Below are positions 1 to 9,034 of a stretch of DNA of 27,692 nt, piece after piece. Positions within the stretch are counted from its first letter, which is position 1. Each line of letters opens with the position of its first letter. Both the position numbers and the translations under genes were made by a program. The stretch comes from an uncultured Pseudomonadota bacterium. Lineage in GTDB: Bacteria > SAR324 > NAC60-12. Below the pieces are notes generated by a model. It was not told the origin of the DNA, ran no database searches, and saw only the letters and a program-made list of their open reading frames with translations. The DNA is taken from assembly GCA_913020725.1 (NCBI GenBank), contig CAJWCD010000036.1, positions 1-27,692 of the forward strand, given 5' to 3'.

Positions 1-32
1 TCATAAGTGAAAAAACACCTTAACTCATTGTC

Positions 33-360
33 TCAAAAATGTGGGCAGCGCCACTCTCTCTTGACAATGGGGAGGAACCATATATGTAAGAACCCAATGA
101 CGCCCATTTCTGAAAAAATTTGGATGCTCAGAACGCGCACGGTTTCGCCGCTTTCCACGTCCCAGAACCGCACGGTTTTGTCATCCGAAGCTGGAACAAG
201 ATAACGACCGTCGTTGGTGAAGATCACATCGCGGGTCTTCGCCTTGTGCCTCCGGTGTCAATTTGCAGGATAGATTTTTCGAGGGCGTGGAGCAGGGTCA
301 GCAGGAACAGGAGGATGAACAGGGGAGGAAGAGCTTGAGGAAGATTTTGATTTTTTTCAT
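33..360 (-). pseudogene. Frameshifted, truncated secreted WD40-repeat protein
   Basis: ATG at 360 with GAGGG upstream. Three frames join into MKKIKIFLKLFLP/LFILLFLLTLLHALEKSILQIDTGG/HKAKTRDVIFTNDGRYLVPASDDKTVRFWDVESGETVRVL, which is a signal peptide plus one canonical WD40 repeat (GH...SDDKTVRFWD). Frameshifts are near 322-325 and 248, and the WD40-like sequence ends near 120. Confidence 0.8.
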
Positions 361-407
361 GGTGCCCTCTTGCAATTGACAGTACTCTTTGCCTCCTCTG
401 GAAAGGG

Positions 408-433
408 CTTCCCCTCGGCAATCAGAGGGGAAG
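408..433 (-). terminator. Hairpin downstream of the ABC substrate-binding gene, possible intrinsic terminator
   Basis: Perfect 9-bp stem CTTCCCCTC/GAGGGGAAG with an 8-nt loop, 20 bp after the stop at 453. It is followed on the minus strand by only a weak CCCTTTCC tract. Confidence 0.5.
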
Positions 434-452
434 TTGCTGGGAAGTGTGCCGC

Positions 453-1691
453 TCAGTACTTGACCTTGCGGGGGTACTGAACCGGATGCGAGGCCCATTT
501 GGAGGGAGCCACCACGTTCAGTTTGCCGTTTTGAATCTGCCGCAGCACCATCGGCTTGGCGATGTTGTTGCCTGCGCTGGAGAACTTGATGTTGCCGTAG
601 AAGGTGGACATGTTGGTCGCGGCCAGCGCGTCCCGGACCTTCGCGGTGTCGAACGAGTTCGCCCGCTCAAAGGCGTCCTTCCAGACCATCACGGCTGCCG
701 AAGCCTGCGCGGCCTGATAGGGCACATTCTTGTAGCCCTCATAGGTTCCCTTGAACAGCAGATCATAGGTCGACGCCGAGCCGAACAGGTTGTCGCTGTA
801 GCTCAAGGTCTCCGCCCACTGCGTCGGGCAGAGGTAGCCGTTGCTTGAAGAACCGAATTTGCTGATCACCTTGGCCGCTTCGCAGTGTGTCATGGCGATG
901 ATCGGCACCTGAATCTGCATCTCCTTGATCTGGCGAGCCGCCGTGGCTGCGCCCTTGGAGTGTCCGGAGAGGATCAACAGGTCCGGCCTGAGCGCCTTCA
1001 CCTTGGTCAGCGTGGCGGAAATGTCACTGAGGTCACGGGGCATTTTGTCGTCAATGACCGTCTTGATCCCGTACTGCTTCATGTCATCCAAAACTCCGGC
1101 ACGCACGTCCAGCGAGAAGGGGTCGTTCTCGAAGACGAGAGCGGCCCTCAGGCTGGAGGAACTGCGCCCTTCCTTTTCTGCAAGTTCTGCTGCCAAAGCG
1201 ATGGAACTGGCGAGGTACTGCTCCGATGTGGACAACACGGCAAAGAGATAACGGTAGCCCTGCGTGAAGAGCGAACGAGACGCTCCTTCCGCTTCCACCA
1301 TTGGAATCTTGTACTTTTCCGTCACCGGCGCTGCGGCCTTCGTGGTCGCGGAACTGTACGGTCCCAGCATGTACTTGATGCCATCCTGCTTGATGAGCCG
1401 CTCCAGCAACTGGGCGGTGCGGGCCGGGGTGGATTCGTCATCGTAGTACTGGATGTCCAGCATGTAGGACTTGCCGCCCACCGTCACACCCCCTGCGGCG
1501 TTGATCACCTTGACGGCCAAGTCGTAGCCGTTGGAGGCGTGGATGCCGTTGGTGGAGTACTTCCCCGTGAATGAAATTGCGGAACCAAGAATGATCTTGT
1601 TCCCCTCGACCTTGGCAGGGGTCGTGACCGCGCTGGCCGCTAGGGCCAACGCGCCAACCGCGATTCCTGCAATCGCTTTGCTTAAACGCAT
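453..1691 (-). CDS. ABC transporter substrate-binding protein, branched-chain amino acid (LivK/HAAT, type 1 periplasmic fold) family
   Basis: 412 aa with an N-terminal signal peptide. Family motifs SFTGKYS, INAAGGV, YYDDES, LGPYSS and a C-terminal TFYGNIKF. RBS AAGGAG upstream. Confidence 0.92.
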   Translation of the reverse strand: MRLSKAIAGIAVGALALAASAVTTPAKVEGNKIILGSAISFTGKYSTNGIHASNGYDLAVKVINAAGGVTVGGKSYMLDIQYYDDESTPARTAQLLERLIKQDGIKYMLGPYSSATTKAAAPVTEKYKIPMVEAEGASRSLFTQGYRYLFAVLSTSEQYLASSIALAAELAEKEGRSSSSLRAALVFENDPFSLDVRAGVLDDMKQYGIKTVIDDKMPRDLSDISATLTKVKALRPDLLILSGHSKGAATAARQIKEMQIQVPIIAMTHCEAAKVISKFGSSSNGYLCPTQWAETLSYSDNLFGSASTYDLLFKGTYEGYKNVPYQAAQASAAVMVWKDAFERANSFDTAKVRDALAATNMSTFYGNIKFSSAGNNIAKPMVLRQIQNGKLNVVAPSKWASHPVQYPRKVKY

Positions 1692-1767
1692 GATGTTCTC
1701 CTTGCTGAAAAAGTGAAAAAATCAGCCCACGCCTCACCACGAGACGGAGCCACCCTAAAGCTAGAAA

Positions 1768-1795
1768 ATTTTAACACTTTTTTTGACGATGGCAA
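1768..1795 (-). promoter_or_regulatory. Putative sigma70 promoter for the substrate-binding protein gene
   Basis: The minus strand reads TTGCCA-N16-TAAAAT with an extended -10 TG (TGtTAAAAT), about 75 bp upstream of the ATG. Confidence 0.5.
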
Positions 1796-1923
1796 GCAAG
1801 AAGCTCAAGGGTTTGCAAAACTCCCGAAAGTTCTCAAAGCTCCAGCACCAACCGCAGTCCAAACTTCGACCTCACCAGTCTTCGCGTTCTAGTGAGACCT
1901 GTTGGAGCCGTAAGTCCTGCACC

Positions 1924-2565
1924 TCACTCCGCGTCCGGCTGCTCCTGCGGGAAGCTTTTCTCGAATTCCGGGAGAGCGGCCAGCCGTTCGTAACGATCCA
2001 TGAGCTTGGGGTAGGCCTCCAGTGGACAGTTGAAGTGCTGCGCGTTGAACACTTGCGGGACGAGGCAAACGTCGGCCATCGTGAGGGAGTTGCCCAGACA
2101 GTAGTGCGCGTCCGGAGCGTGTTCCACAATGAGCCGTTCAAAGGCCGTGAATCCGGACTCCACCCAGTGCTGGTACCAAGTGTTGACCTCGCTCTGCTCA
2201 TGTCCCAACGGTTCCTTGAGGTAATTGAGGATGCGCAGGTTGTTGAGGGGGTGCAGCTCGCAGGCAATCAGCTGACTGAGTTGCCGAACCCGTGCGGCTT
2301 CCAAGGGCTGCTCCGGAATCAGAGGGTTCTCCTCAGACAGGGAATCAAGGTATTCGATGATCGCCAGGGATTGGGTCAACACGGCCCCGTCGTCCAGCAC
2401 CAGCGCGGGGAGCAAGCCTTGGGGATTGAGGGCAAGAAACCCGGAATCGCGCTGCTCGCCCTTGCGCAGATGAACCGGGCGGCGCTCGACCTCAATGCGT
2501 TTGAGCCGCAAGGCAATGCGAACCCGGAAGCCTGCGGAAGAACGGAAGTAGTCGAAGAAGATCAT
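1924..2565 (-). CDS. maiA: Maleylacetoacetate/maleylpyruvate isomerase (GST zeta class)
   Basis: Motifs YFRSSAGFRVRIAL, LNPQGLLPAL, QSLAIIEYL, CELHPLNNLRIL, ADVCLVPQVFNA and terminal PQEQPDA. The start is moved to ATG 2565 to match the family N-terminus (213 aa). Confidence 0.93.
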   Translation of the reverse strand: MIFFDYFRSSAGFRVRIALRLKRIEVERRPVHLRKGEQRDSGFLALNPQGLLPALVLDDGAVLTQSLAIIEYLDSLSEENPLIPEQPLEAARVRQLSQLIACELHPLNNLRILNYLKEPLGHEQSEVNTWYQHWVESGFTAFERLIVEHAPDAHYCLGNSLTMADVCLVPQVFNAQHFNCPLEAYPKLMDRYERLAALPEFEKSFPQEQPDAE

Positions 2566-2746
2566 GACGGCCTTTTTGGAGTGAGGTGGAAGCAGATCCG
2601 GCAAAGGCTTTTCATTCTAAACCGATGCCCAAGGAAAACAAAACTTTCTCCTTGCTCCTGCTTGCTTTTGTGTGGTTTATCTGGAAGAGTTTTTGAACAG
2701 ATCAAGCAACCCCATACCAACCACTCACACGAACCGCTAATCCTGC

Positions 2747-3586
2747 ATGGGCGCGTATTTCCGACCCACTGAAATCCCGGATGCCTTGGAACTGCTGGCT
2801 CGCCAACCGCTGATGGTGGTGGCGGGCGGCACCGATTTCTACCCTGCCCGCGTCGGCAAATCGCTGGACGAGGACATACTGGATGTCTCTGCGCTTGTGG
2901 GCCTCAAGCAGATTCAGGAAACCGAGCAGGAGTTCCGCATCGGCGCACGAGTCACTTGGAGCGATGTGATCCGGACAGACCTGCCGTCGTACTTCGACGG
3001 GCTCAAGCAGGCGGCGGTCACGGTCGGCGGAGTGCAGACCCAAAATGCCGGAACGCTCTGCGGCAATATCTGCAACGCCTCTCCGGCAGCAGACAGCGTT
3101 CCGAACCTGCTTGCACTCAACACACAGGTGGAGTTGAGTTCCACGAGCGGCATCCGCACCTTGCCATTGTATGAATTCATGCTCGGCAATCGTCAAACGG
3201 CGCGGTCGCCTGAAGAATTGGTGACGGGCCTCATCATTCCAAAACCCTCCGGACAGGCGCGTTCCAGTTTTGAAAAGCTGGGGGCGCGGCGTTACCTCGT
3301 CATCTCGATTGTCATGGTCGGGGCCGTGATGGCACTGGACGAGCATGGGCGCATTACGGATTTGCGTGTGGCCGTGGGCGCGTGTTCTCCGGTGGCAAAA
3401 CGGCTGAGCCAGTTGGAGCAGGACATGCTCGGTAAATCCGTTGCGGAACTCCGGGTGACTCCGGAACATTGCGTCGGACTCTCGCCCATTAACGACGTGC
3501 GGGCACGGGCCAGCTATCGGAACGAGGTGGTGCCAATCTTGGTGCAACGAGCAATTCTCAAGCTGACGGAACAGAGCGAAACATGA
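2747..3586 (+). CDS. Xanthine dehydrogenase family FAD-binding subunit (NdhF/CoxM-like)
   Basis: 279 aa with YFRPT, AGGTD, QTQNAGTLCGNICNASPAAD and a C-terminal PINDVRARASYR. ATGA overlap with the next gene. Confidence 0.92.
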   Translation: MGAYFRPTEIPDALELLARQPLMVVAGGTDFYPARVGKSLDEDILDVSALVGLKQIQETEQEFRIGARVTWSDVIRTDLPSYFDGLKQAAVTVGGVQTQNAGTLCGNICNASPAADSVPNLLALNTQVELSSTSGIRTLPLYEFMLGNRQTARSPEELVTGLIIPKPSGQARSSFEKLGARRYLVISIVMVGAVMALDEHGRITDLRVAVGACSPVAKRLSQLEQDMLGKSVAELRVTPEHCVGLSPINDVRARASYRNEVVPILVQRAILKLTEQSET

Positions 3587-6396
3587 CCTTCGAAGACAGC
3601 GACACCACCACCACCCACCAGCCAACGGCCACCAGCGGCCAACGATCCACAGCCCAAGAGCAGGCCATTTCCCTGACTCTGAACGGTAAGTCGGTTGCGG
3701 TCGCTGTTAGCCCGATCCGGAGACTCACCGATGTGCTGCGCGAGGATTTGGGGCTGACCGGAACCAAAGTCGGCTGTGATGCCGGAGACTGTGGGGCCTG
3801 CACCGTCCTCATTGACGGCGAGCAGATCTGTGCTTGCATGGTTCCGGTCGGGCAGGTGCAGGGACGCTCGGTCACGACCGTCGAAGGCTTGGCGCAAGAT
3901 GGGCGGCTCAACGCGCTCCAGCAGTCCTTCCTCAACGAAGGTGCAGCACAGTGCGGCATCTGCATTCCGGGGATGTTGATGGCTGCGTCCGACTTGTTGG
4001 ACAGGGTGCCCTCGCCCTCCGAAGCTCAGGTGCTGGATGCCCTCGGCGGCGTTCTGTGTCGCTGCACAGGCTACCGCAAGATCGTGCAGGCCGTGCTGAA
4101 AGCCGCAGAAACCACGGAAGCTTTGCACTCTCCGGCTCCGGGAGCGGCGGTGGGGGCACCGATGATCCGGGTGGACGGCAAAAAGAAGGTGACGGGCGAC
4201 GAACGCTTCGGGGCCGACGAAGCTCCGGAAGGCGCACTCTGGCTTCGGGTCTTGCGCTCCCCGCACCGTCGGGCACGGTTCACGCTGGGCGACCTGACTT
4301 CGTGCGAAGAACGCCATCCCGGCTTGAGGAAAATCTTCAGCGCCGCCGACATTCCCGGACTCAACGGCTTCGGTGTTTATCCGCACATCAAGGACCAGCC
4401 GGTGCTGGCGGATGGGCAGGTGCGCTATCGAGGCGAAGCCGTGGTTGCGCTCGTGGGCGACTACGAAACCATCGAACGCATCGAGCTTGACGATCTCGGC
4501 ATCGCATGGACGATTGAAGCTCCGGTTTCCGGATGGGACAGTGCCTTGTCCGGCGAGTGTGAACCCGTGCAAGCCGAGCATCCCGACAACGTGCTTGCCC
4601 GTGGTTTCATCAACAAAGGAGACGTGGAGTCCGGATTTCGGGAGGCCGATTTTGTTGCTGAAATCTCTTGCCAAACCTCGGCGGTAGAACACTGCTACAT
4701 TGAGCCGGAAGCCGGACACGCCCGCAGGGTGGGCGATCGCATCGAGTTGTTCGTGACCACGCAAACGCCGTTCATGGACAAGACCGAGGTCGCCTCCGTT
4801 TTGGGGTTGGATGCCGAGCAGATTCGGGTGATCCCCTCGGCGGTCGGCGGCGGTTTCGGCGGCAAGCTCGACCTCTCCCTGCAACCGCTGGTCGCGCTGG
4901 CGACGTGGCTGCTCAACGTCCCGGTGCGCTGCACCTTCACCCGTCCGGAATCGCTCGCATCCTCCACCAAGCGTCACCCTGCCCGCATTCACGCGAAAGC
5001 TGGCTGCACCAAAGAGGGTTTGCTCACCGCCCTGCACTTCAAGGGCGATTTCAACACAGGTGCCTACGCCTCGTGGGGACCAACAGTAGCGGATCGGGTG
5101 CCGATTCATTGCTCCGGACCTTACTTTCTTCCCAGCATCCGGGGCGAGACCCAAGCTTTGCTGACCAACGAACCGCCCTCCGGCGCCTTCCGGGGCTTCG
5201 GGGTCCCACAAGCGTCCTTGGCCTGTGAGGGGTTGATGGATCAGCTTGCGGAGTCCATCGGCATGGACGCACTGGAATTCCGGCACAAAAACGCACTGCG
5301 CAAAGGACAACGCACCGCCTCCGGACAACTGCTCGAACACAGCGCGGGACAAGCCGAATGCCTCGAAGCCCTGCGCAGTCGTTGGACCCAATGGCGAAAG
5401 GAAGCGGAAGAATTCAATGCAAATCCGCCAGCCCCCAAAAAGCGTGGTGTGGGTGTGGGCACGGTCTGGTACGGTTGCGGCAACACCTCGATGTCGAACC
5501 CCTCCACCATGCGTGTGGGGGTGACTCGCGGCGGCAAGCTCACGCTCTACAACGGTGCGATGGACATTGGGCAGGGCGCAAACACGATCATGGTGCAAGT
5601 CTGTGCTGATGCTCTTGGCGTTCCGGCAGAGTGTTTCCACTTTGTGATGGGCGACACCGACCGCACCGCCGATGCCGGGAAAACCTCCGCGTCGCGCCAA
5701 GCTTTCATCTCTGGAAAAGCCTCGCAACTCGCCGGGGAAGACTTGCGGCGGCAATTGCTGGAAAAACTCGGCGCGGGACCGAATGCCCAACTGGAATTCC
5801 GCCCCGGAGTCGTGTTCGCGCATGAAGCCTCCGGAAGCAAGGATTTGGACCTCACCCAACGGCCCAAGCTGGAGAACGGCGACGTGTTTCTCGGCGAAGG
5901 CACCTTCGATCCACCGACCCTGAAGCTCGATGAAAACGGGCAGGGTAGCCCTTACGCAACCTACGGATTCGGGGCACAAATCGCCGAGGTCGAGGTGGAC
6001 ATCGCACTCGGCACCGTCAAGGTGCTGCGCATGGCGGCGGCACATGACGTGGGCAGGGTGATCAACCCCTCGCAGGCGGAAGGTCAGGTTCACGGGGGCA
6101 TCGCACAAGGACTCGGTTTCGCGCTGATGGAGGAGTACCTGCAAGGCGTGACGGAGAACCTGCATGACTACCTGATCCCCACCGTTGGTGACATGCCAAC
6201 AATCGAAACAATCTTTGTGGAAGACCCTGAACCGCTTGGCCCTTACGGAGCAAAAGGTCTTGGTGAACACGCGCTGATCCCCACAGCCCCAGCGATCCTT
6301 GGCGGCATCTACCACGCCACAGGTGCCCGCATCACTCGTGTCCCTGCCACTCCCGACCGAGTTCGGGAGGCGCTGCTTCAGCAGGGAAGGGCGTGA
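3583..6396 (+). CDS. Fused [2Fe-2S] and molybdopterin-binding subunit of a xanthine-oxidase-family hydroxylase, probably nicotinate dehydrogenase-like
   Basis: N-terminal GTKVGCDAGDCGACTV...C, QCGICIPG and CRCTGY (two 2Fe-2S clusters). Moco motifs VGGGFGGK, GAFRGFG, DIGQGA, GKTSASRQ, GQVHGGIAQG and the catalytic GAKGLGE. Substrate is inferred from the adjacent hnr. Confidence 0.9.
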   Translation: MTFEDSDTTTTHQPTATSGQRSTAQEQAISLTLNGKSVAVAVSPIRRLTDVLREDLGLTGTKVGCDAGDCGACTVLIDGEQICACMVPVGQVQGRSVTTVEGLAQDGRLNALQQSFLNEGAAQCGICIPGMLMAASDLLDRVPSPSEAQVLDALGGVLCRCTGYRKIVQAVLKAAETTEALHSPAPGAAVGAPMIRVDGKKKVTGDERFGADEAPEGALWLRVLRSPHRRARFTLGDLTSCEERHPGLRKIFSAADIPGLNGFGVYPHIKDQPVLADGQVRYRGEAVVALVGDYETIERIELDDLGIAWTIEAPVSGWDSALSGECEPVQAEHPDNVLARGFINKGDVESGFREADFVAEISCQTSAVEHCYIEPEAGHARRVGDRIELFVTTQTPFMDKTEVASVLGLDAEQIRVIPSAVGGGFGGKLDLSLQPLVALATWLLNVPVRCTFTRPESLASSTKRHPARIHAKAGCTKEGLLTALHFKGDFNTGAYASWGPTVADRVPIHCSGPYFLPSIRGETQALLTNEPPSGAFRGFGVPQASLACEGLMDQLAESIGMDALEFRHKNALRKGQRTASGQLLEHSAGQAECLEALRSRWTQWRKEAEEFNANPPAPKKRGVGVGTVWYGCGNTSMSNPSTMRVGVTRGGKLTLYNGAMDIGQGANTIMVQVCADALGVPAECFHFVMGDTDRTADAGKTSASRQAFISGKASQLAGEDLRRQLLEKLGAGPNAQLEFRPGVVFAHEASGSKDLDLTQRPKLENGDVFLGEGTFDPPTLKLDENGQGSPYATYGFGAQIAEVEVDIALGTVKVLRMAAAHDVGRVINPSQAEGQVHGGIAQGLGFALMEEYLQGVTENLHDYLIPTVGDMPTIETIFVEDPEPLGPYGAKGLGEHALIPTAPAILGGIYHATGARITRVPATPDRVREALLQQGRA

Positions 6397-7862
6397 TAAT
6401 GATGGAATCCTCTGCACAGACCGATGACCTCAAGGTCAACTGCGATGCCTGCCCCATCCTCTGCCGCATCAGTCCGGGCAAGACGGGTTCCTGCGGACGC
6501 TACGGCAATGCCGACGGCATCTTGATCCGCACCGATCCTGTTGTGTTGGCGAACAAGGTGCAGGCCGATCAGGGTGAGATTGTCCCCTTCCTCGGCGAAC
6601 CCGGAAGCTGGAACGGCTCCCTGCTCGCCCAACAAGACACCTTCCTGACCGCAATCGGCACTGGCACAACCTACCCTGACTACAAACCCGCGCCCTTCAT
6701 CATTTCCAGCGAGCATGAGGGCGTGGACATGGTGACGGTCGTCACTGAGGGCATCTTCAGCTATTGCAGCCTCAAGGTGAAGATTGACACCGACCGTTAC
6801 GTTGGTCCGGAGCAGGCATCGGTGCGCTGCAAGGGTGAGGAGGTCGGGCATGTGATGACGGCGGAATACGGCTCACAAATGCTCACGCTCGGCGGCGTGC
6901 GGCACCTCACAGGTGGTAGCAAGCAGGAGGGGCGTGTCACCTGCGAGATGATGCTCACGCTCTGCAACAAAGGGGCGGTCGAACTTTGCATTGACGACGG
7001 CTCCACGCTTGTGATCCAAGCTGGGAAGGCACCGATCATTGACGGCAACGCCGAAGAGCGCATGCGGGTGGGCTGCGGCTCGGCAACCATCGGCATCTTC
7101 GCCAAGCAATGGCACGGCCACGCCGATGAGGTGATCGTGGTGGACGATCACATCACCGGAGTGCTGTCCGAACACCAAGCGGGGCGTTTTCTCGGCATTG
7201 AACCCACAGGCATCCGCGTACGTGGGCGGCGTTCGACTCCGGGGCGCTACTTCCAGGTCGCCGAACCCGGACACGGCTGGGGCGGCACCAACGTCACCAA
7301 CCCGCTTGACATCATTGACCGCATCAAGCCGGAGGTCGCCTATCCCGGACTGCGCCTGTTGATGGTCAGCACCACGGGCGAGGATGCGGCCTTTTTTGTG
7401 TTGGACGAAAACCTGACCCCGGTTCCCGCCGAAATGCCGGACGTGCTGCAAACCGTAGTGGAACGCATCGGCGAGAACTGCGAACCCGCGCTCACTTCGG
7501 TCCTCTTCATGGCCGGAGCGGGTGGTAGTCTGCGGGCGGGTGTGACCGAAAACCCGGTGCGGCTCACGCGCTCGGTCAAGCAGATGCTCACCCGTGTCAC
7601 CTGCGGTGGCGCTCCGGCCTATGTCTGGCCCGGCGGCGGCATCACGCTGATGGTGGATGTCACGCGCCTGCCGGACAACGCCTTTGGCTACGTTCCCACT
7701 CCCGCGCTTGTCGGCCCCATTGAGTTCACCCTGCGACGCGATGATTACGAAGCCCTCGGTGGCCACATGGCTTGCATCCGCAGCCTTGAAGCGGTGCTGG
7801 AAAACCGCGAAGTCCACCTGACCGCATGGCGGCAGGACAACCCGTGGCCCTACCAATCCTGA
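6393..7862 (+). CDS. hnr: 6-hydroxynicotinate reductase
   Basis: 489 aa with N-terminal CDACPILC...GSCGRY, YPDYKPAPFI, VTEGIFSYC, AEYGSQML, MRVGCGSATIG, VVDDHITG, ENCEP, GAGGSLRAGVTENPV and WPGGGIT, matching what I recall of Hnr. Start is GTG 6393 (GTGA overlap) or ATG 6399/6402. Confidence 0.88.
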   Translation: MIMMESSAQTDDLKVNCDACPILCRISPGKTGSCGRYGNADGILIRTDPVVLANKVQADQGEIVPFLGEPGSWNGSLLAQQDTFLTAIGTGTTYPDYKPAPFIISSEHEGVDMVTVVTEGIFSYCSLKVKIDTDRYVGPEQASVRCKGEEVGHVMTAEYGSQMLTLGGVRHLTGGSKQEGRVTCEMMLTLCNKGAVELCIDDGSTLVIQAGKAPIIDGNAEERMRVGCGSATIGIFAKQWHGHADEVIVVDDHITGVLSEHQAGRFLGIEPTGIRVRGRRSTPGRYFQVAEPGHGWGGTNVTNPLDIIDRIKPEVAYPGLRLLMVSTTGEDAAFFVLDENLTPVPAEMPDVLQTVVERIGENCEPALTSVLFMAGAGGSLRAGVTENPVRLTRSVKQMLTRVTCGGAPAYVWPGGGITLMVDVTRLPDNAFGYVPTPALVGPIEFTLRRDDYEALGGHMACIRSLEAVLENREVHLTAWRQDNPWPYQS

Positions 7863-7942
7863 AATTTACCAGCCGCGCTCAACGCTCCCTGCACCACGAA
7901 TCACGATCAATGGAGAACTCCCTTGAGACGTAAGGAATAAAC

Positions 7943-9034
7943 ATGAAAATTGCGGTCATTGGCGGTGGGCACGGATGCTATGCGGCAGCGGTGGAATTGT
8001 CGGAAAAGGGACACGAAGTGCGGCTCTGGCGGCGTGATGCCGCCGCGCTACAAGCCGTGACGACCGCAGGCAGCATTGCGGTCAAGGATTTCCGGGGCGA
8101 ACGTGACGTGCCCATTGCACGGACGACCACCTCGTTGGAGGAAGCTATTGACGGTGCTCAATTAGTGCTGATTCCTCTACCTGCAACCACCCACGAAGAC
8201 CTGTCCCAGCAACTGGCACCTCTGCTGCAAGACGGGCAGGTGGTCTTTTTGCCACCCGGAACCTTTGGCAGCTACCTGTTCGCCAAGGCCATGCGCGAGT
8301 CGGGTAACCACAACAATACGGTTTTCGCGGAAACCGGCACCTTGCCCTACCTCGCCCGTAAGCGTGCGCCCCGGCAAGTCATCTGTAGCGGCTACGCGAC
8401 GCGCTTGCCCACCGGAGTCTTTCCTGCCGAAAAATCCGAAGACGCCTATCGAGTTTTGAAAGCAGCGTATCCATCGGTTGAGCCTTGCGAGGATGCCCTC
8501 AGCGGAGCGTTGATGAACGCCGGGCCGATCATTCACCCACCGCTGATCCTCATGAACGCGGGACCACTGGAACATTTCGATTCGTGGGATATTCACAACG
8601 AGGGTACCCAGCCCTCGATCCGGCGAGTCACCGATGCGCTGGATCAGGAACGCATTCGGATCCGGGAAGCCTTAGGATACAGCGCACCACATTTTCCGCT
8701 CCGGGATCACTACAATGGTCCCGGCGCTGGTGACGAGTGGATGTACGGCTACTCGGCCCACGAAAAACTAGTGGATAGTGGTGACTGGCGTGAAGACATT
8801 GACCTCCAAAAGCATCGCTACATGGTCGAGGATGTTGCACTGGGCATGTCCTTCATCGTGTCCGTCGGCAAATGGGCGGGAGTGGAGACCCCCATCGCCA
8901 CCGGAATGCTGAGCATCGGCAGTGCCATCCTTGAACGCGACCTCTATGTGGAAGGACGCACCTTGGAAAATCTGGGATTGGCAGACCTGAGCCGAGAGCA
9001 AATGCACACCCTGCTGCACAAAGGTTTCTGCTGA
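7943..9034 (+). CDS. NAD/NADP octopine/nopaline (opine) dehydrogenase family protein
   Basis: 363 aa with Rossmann motif IAVIGGGHG, PPGTFGS, ETGTLPY, LMNAGPIIHP, LDQERIRI and HRYMVEDV. RBS AAGGA upstream. Confidence 0.87.
   Translation: MKIAVIGGGHGCYAAAVELSEKGHEVRLWRRDAAALQAVTTAGSIAVKDFRGERDVPIARTTTSLEEAIDGAQLVLIPLPATTHEDLSQQLAPLLQDGQVVFLPPGTFGSYLFAKAMRESGNHNNTVFAETGTLPYLARKRAPRQVICSGYATRLPTGVFPAEKSEDAYRVLKAAYPSVEPCEDALSGALMNAGPIIHPPLILMNAGPLEHFDSWDIHNEGTQPSIRRVTDALDQERIRIREALGYSAPHFPLRDHYNGPGAGDEWMYGYSAHEKLVDSGDWREDIDLQKHRYMVEDVALGMSFIVSVGKWAGVETPIATGMLSIGSAILERDLYVEGRTLENLGLADLSREQMHTLLHKGFC

Noticed and set aside
61..90. TTGACA as a -35 element
   Set aside because: No acceptable -10 at 16-18 bp spacing and no credible plus-strand gene downstream.
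1924..2565. maiA as part of aerobic nicotinate degradation
   Set aside because: The maleamate pathway uses maleate cis-trans isomerase of the Asp/Glu racemase family. This protein is a glutathione-dependent GST-zeta enzyme, so the link is only a name coincidence.
3514..6417. 967-aa ORF on the minus strand
   Set aside because: Antisense shadow of the molybdopterin subunit gene with no recognisable motifs. Long shadow ORFs are expected in GC-rich coding DNA.
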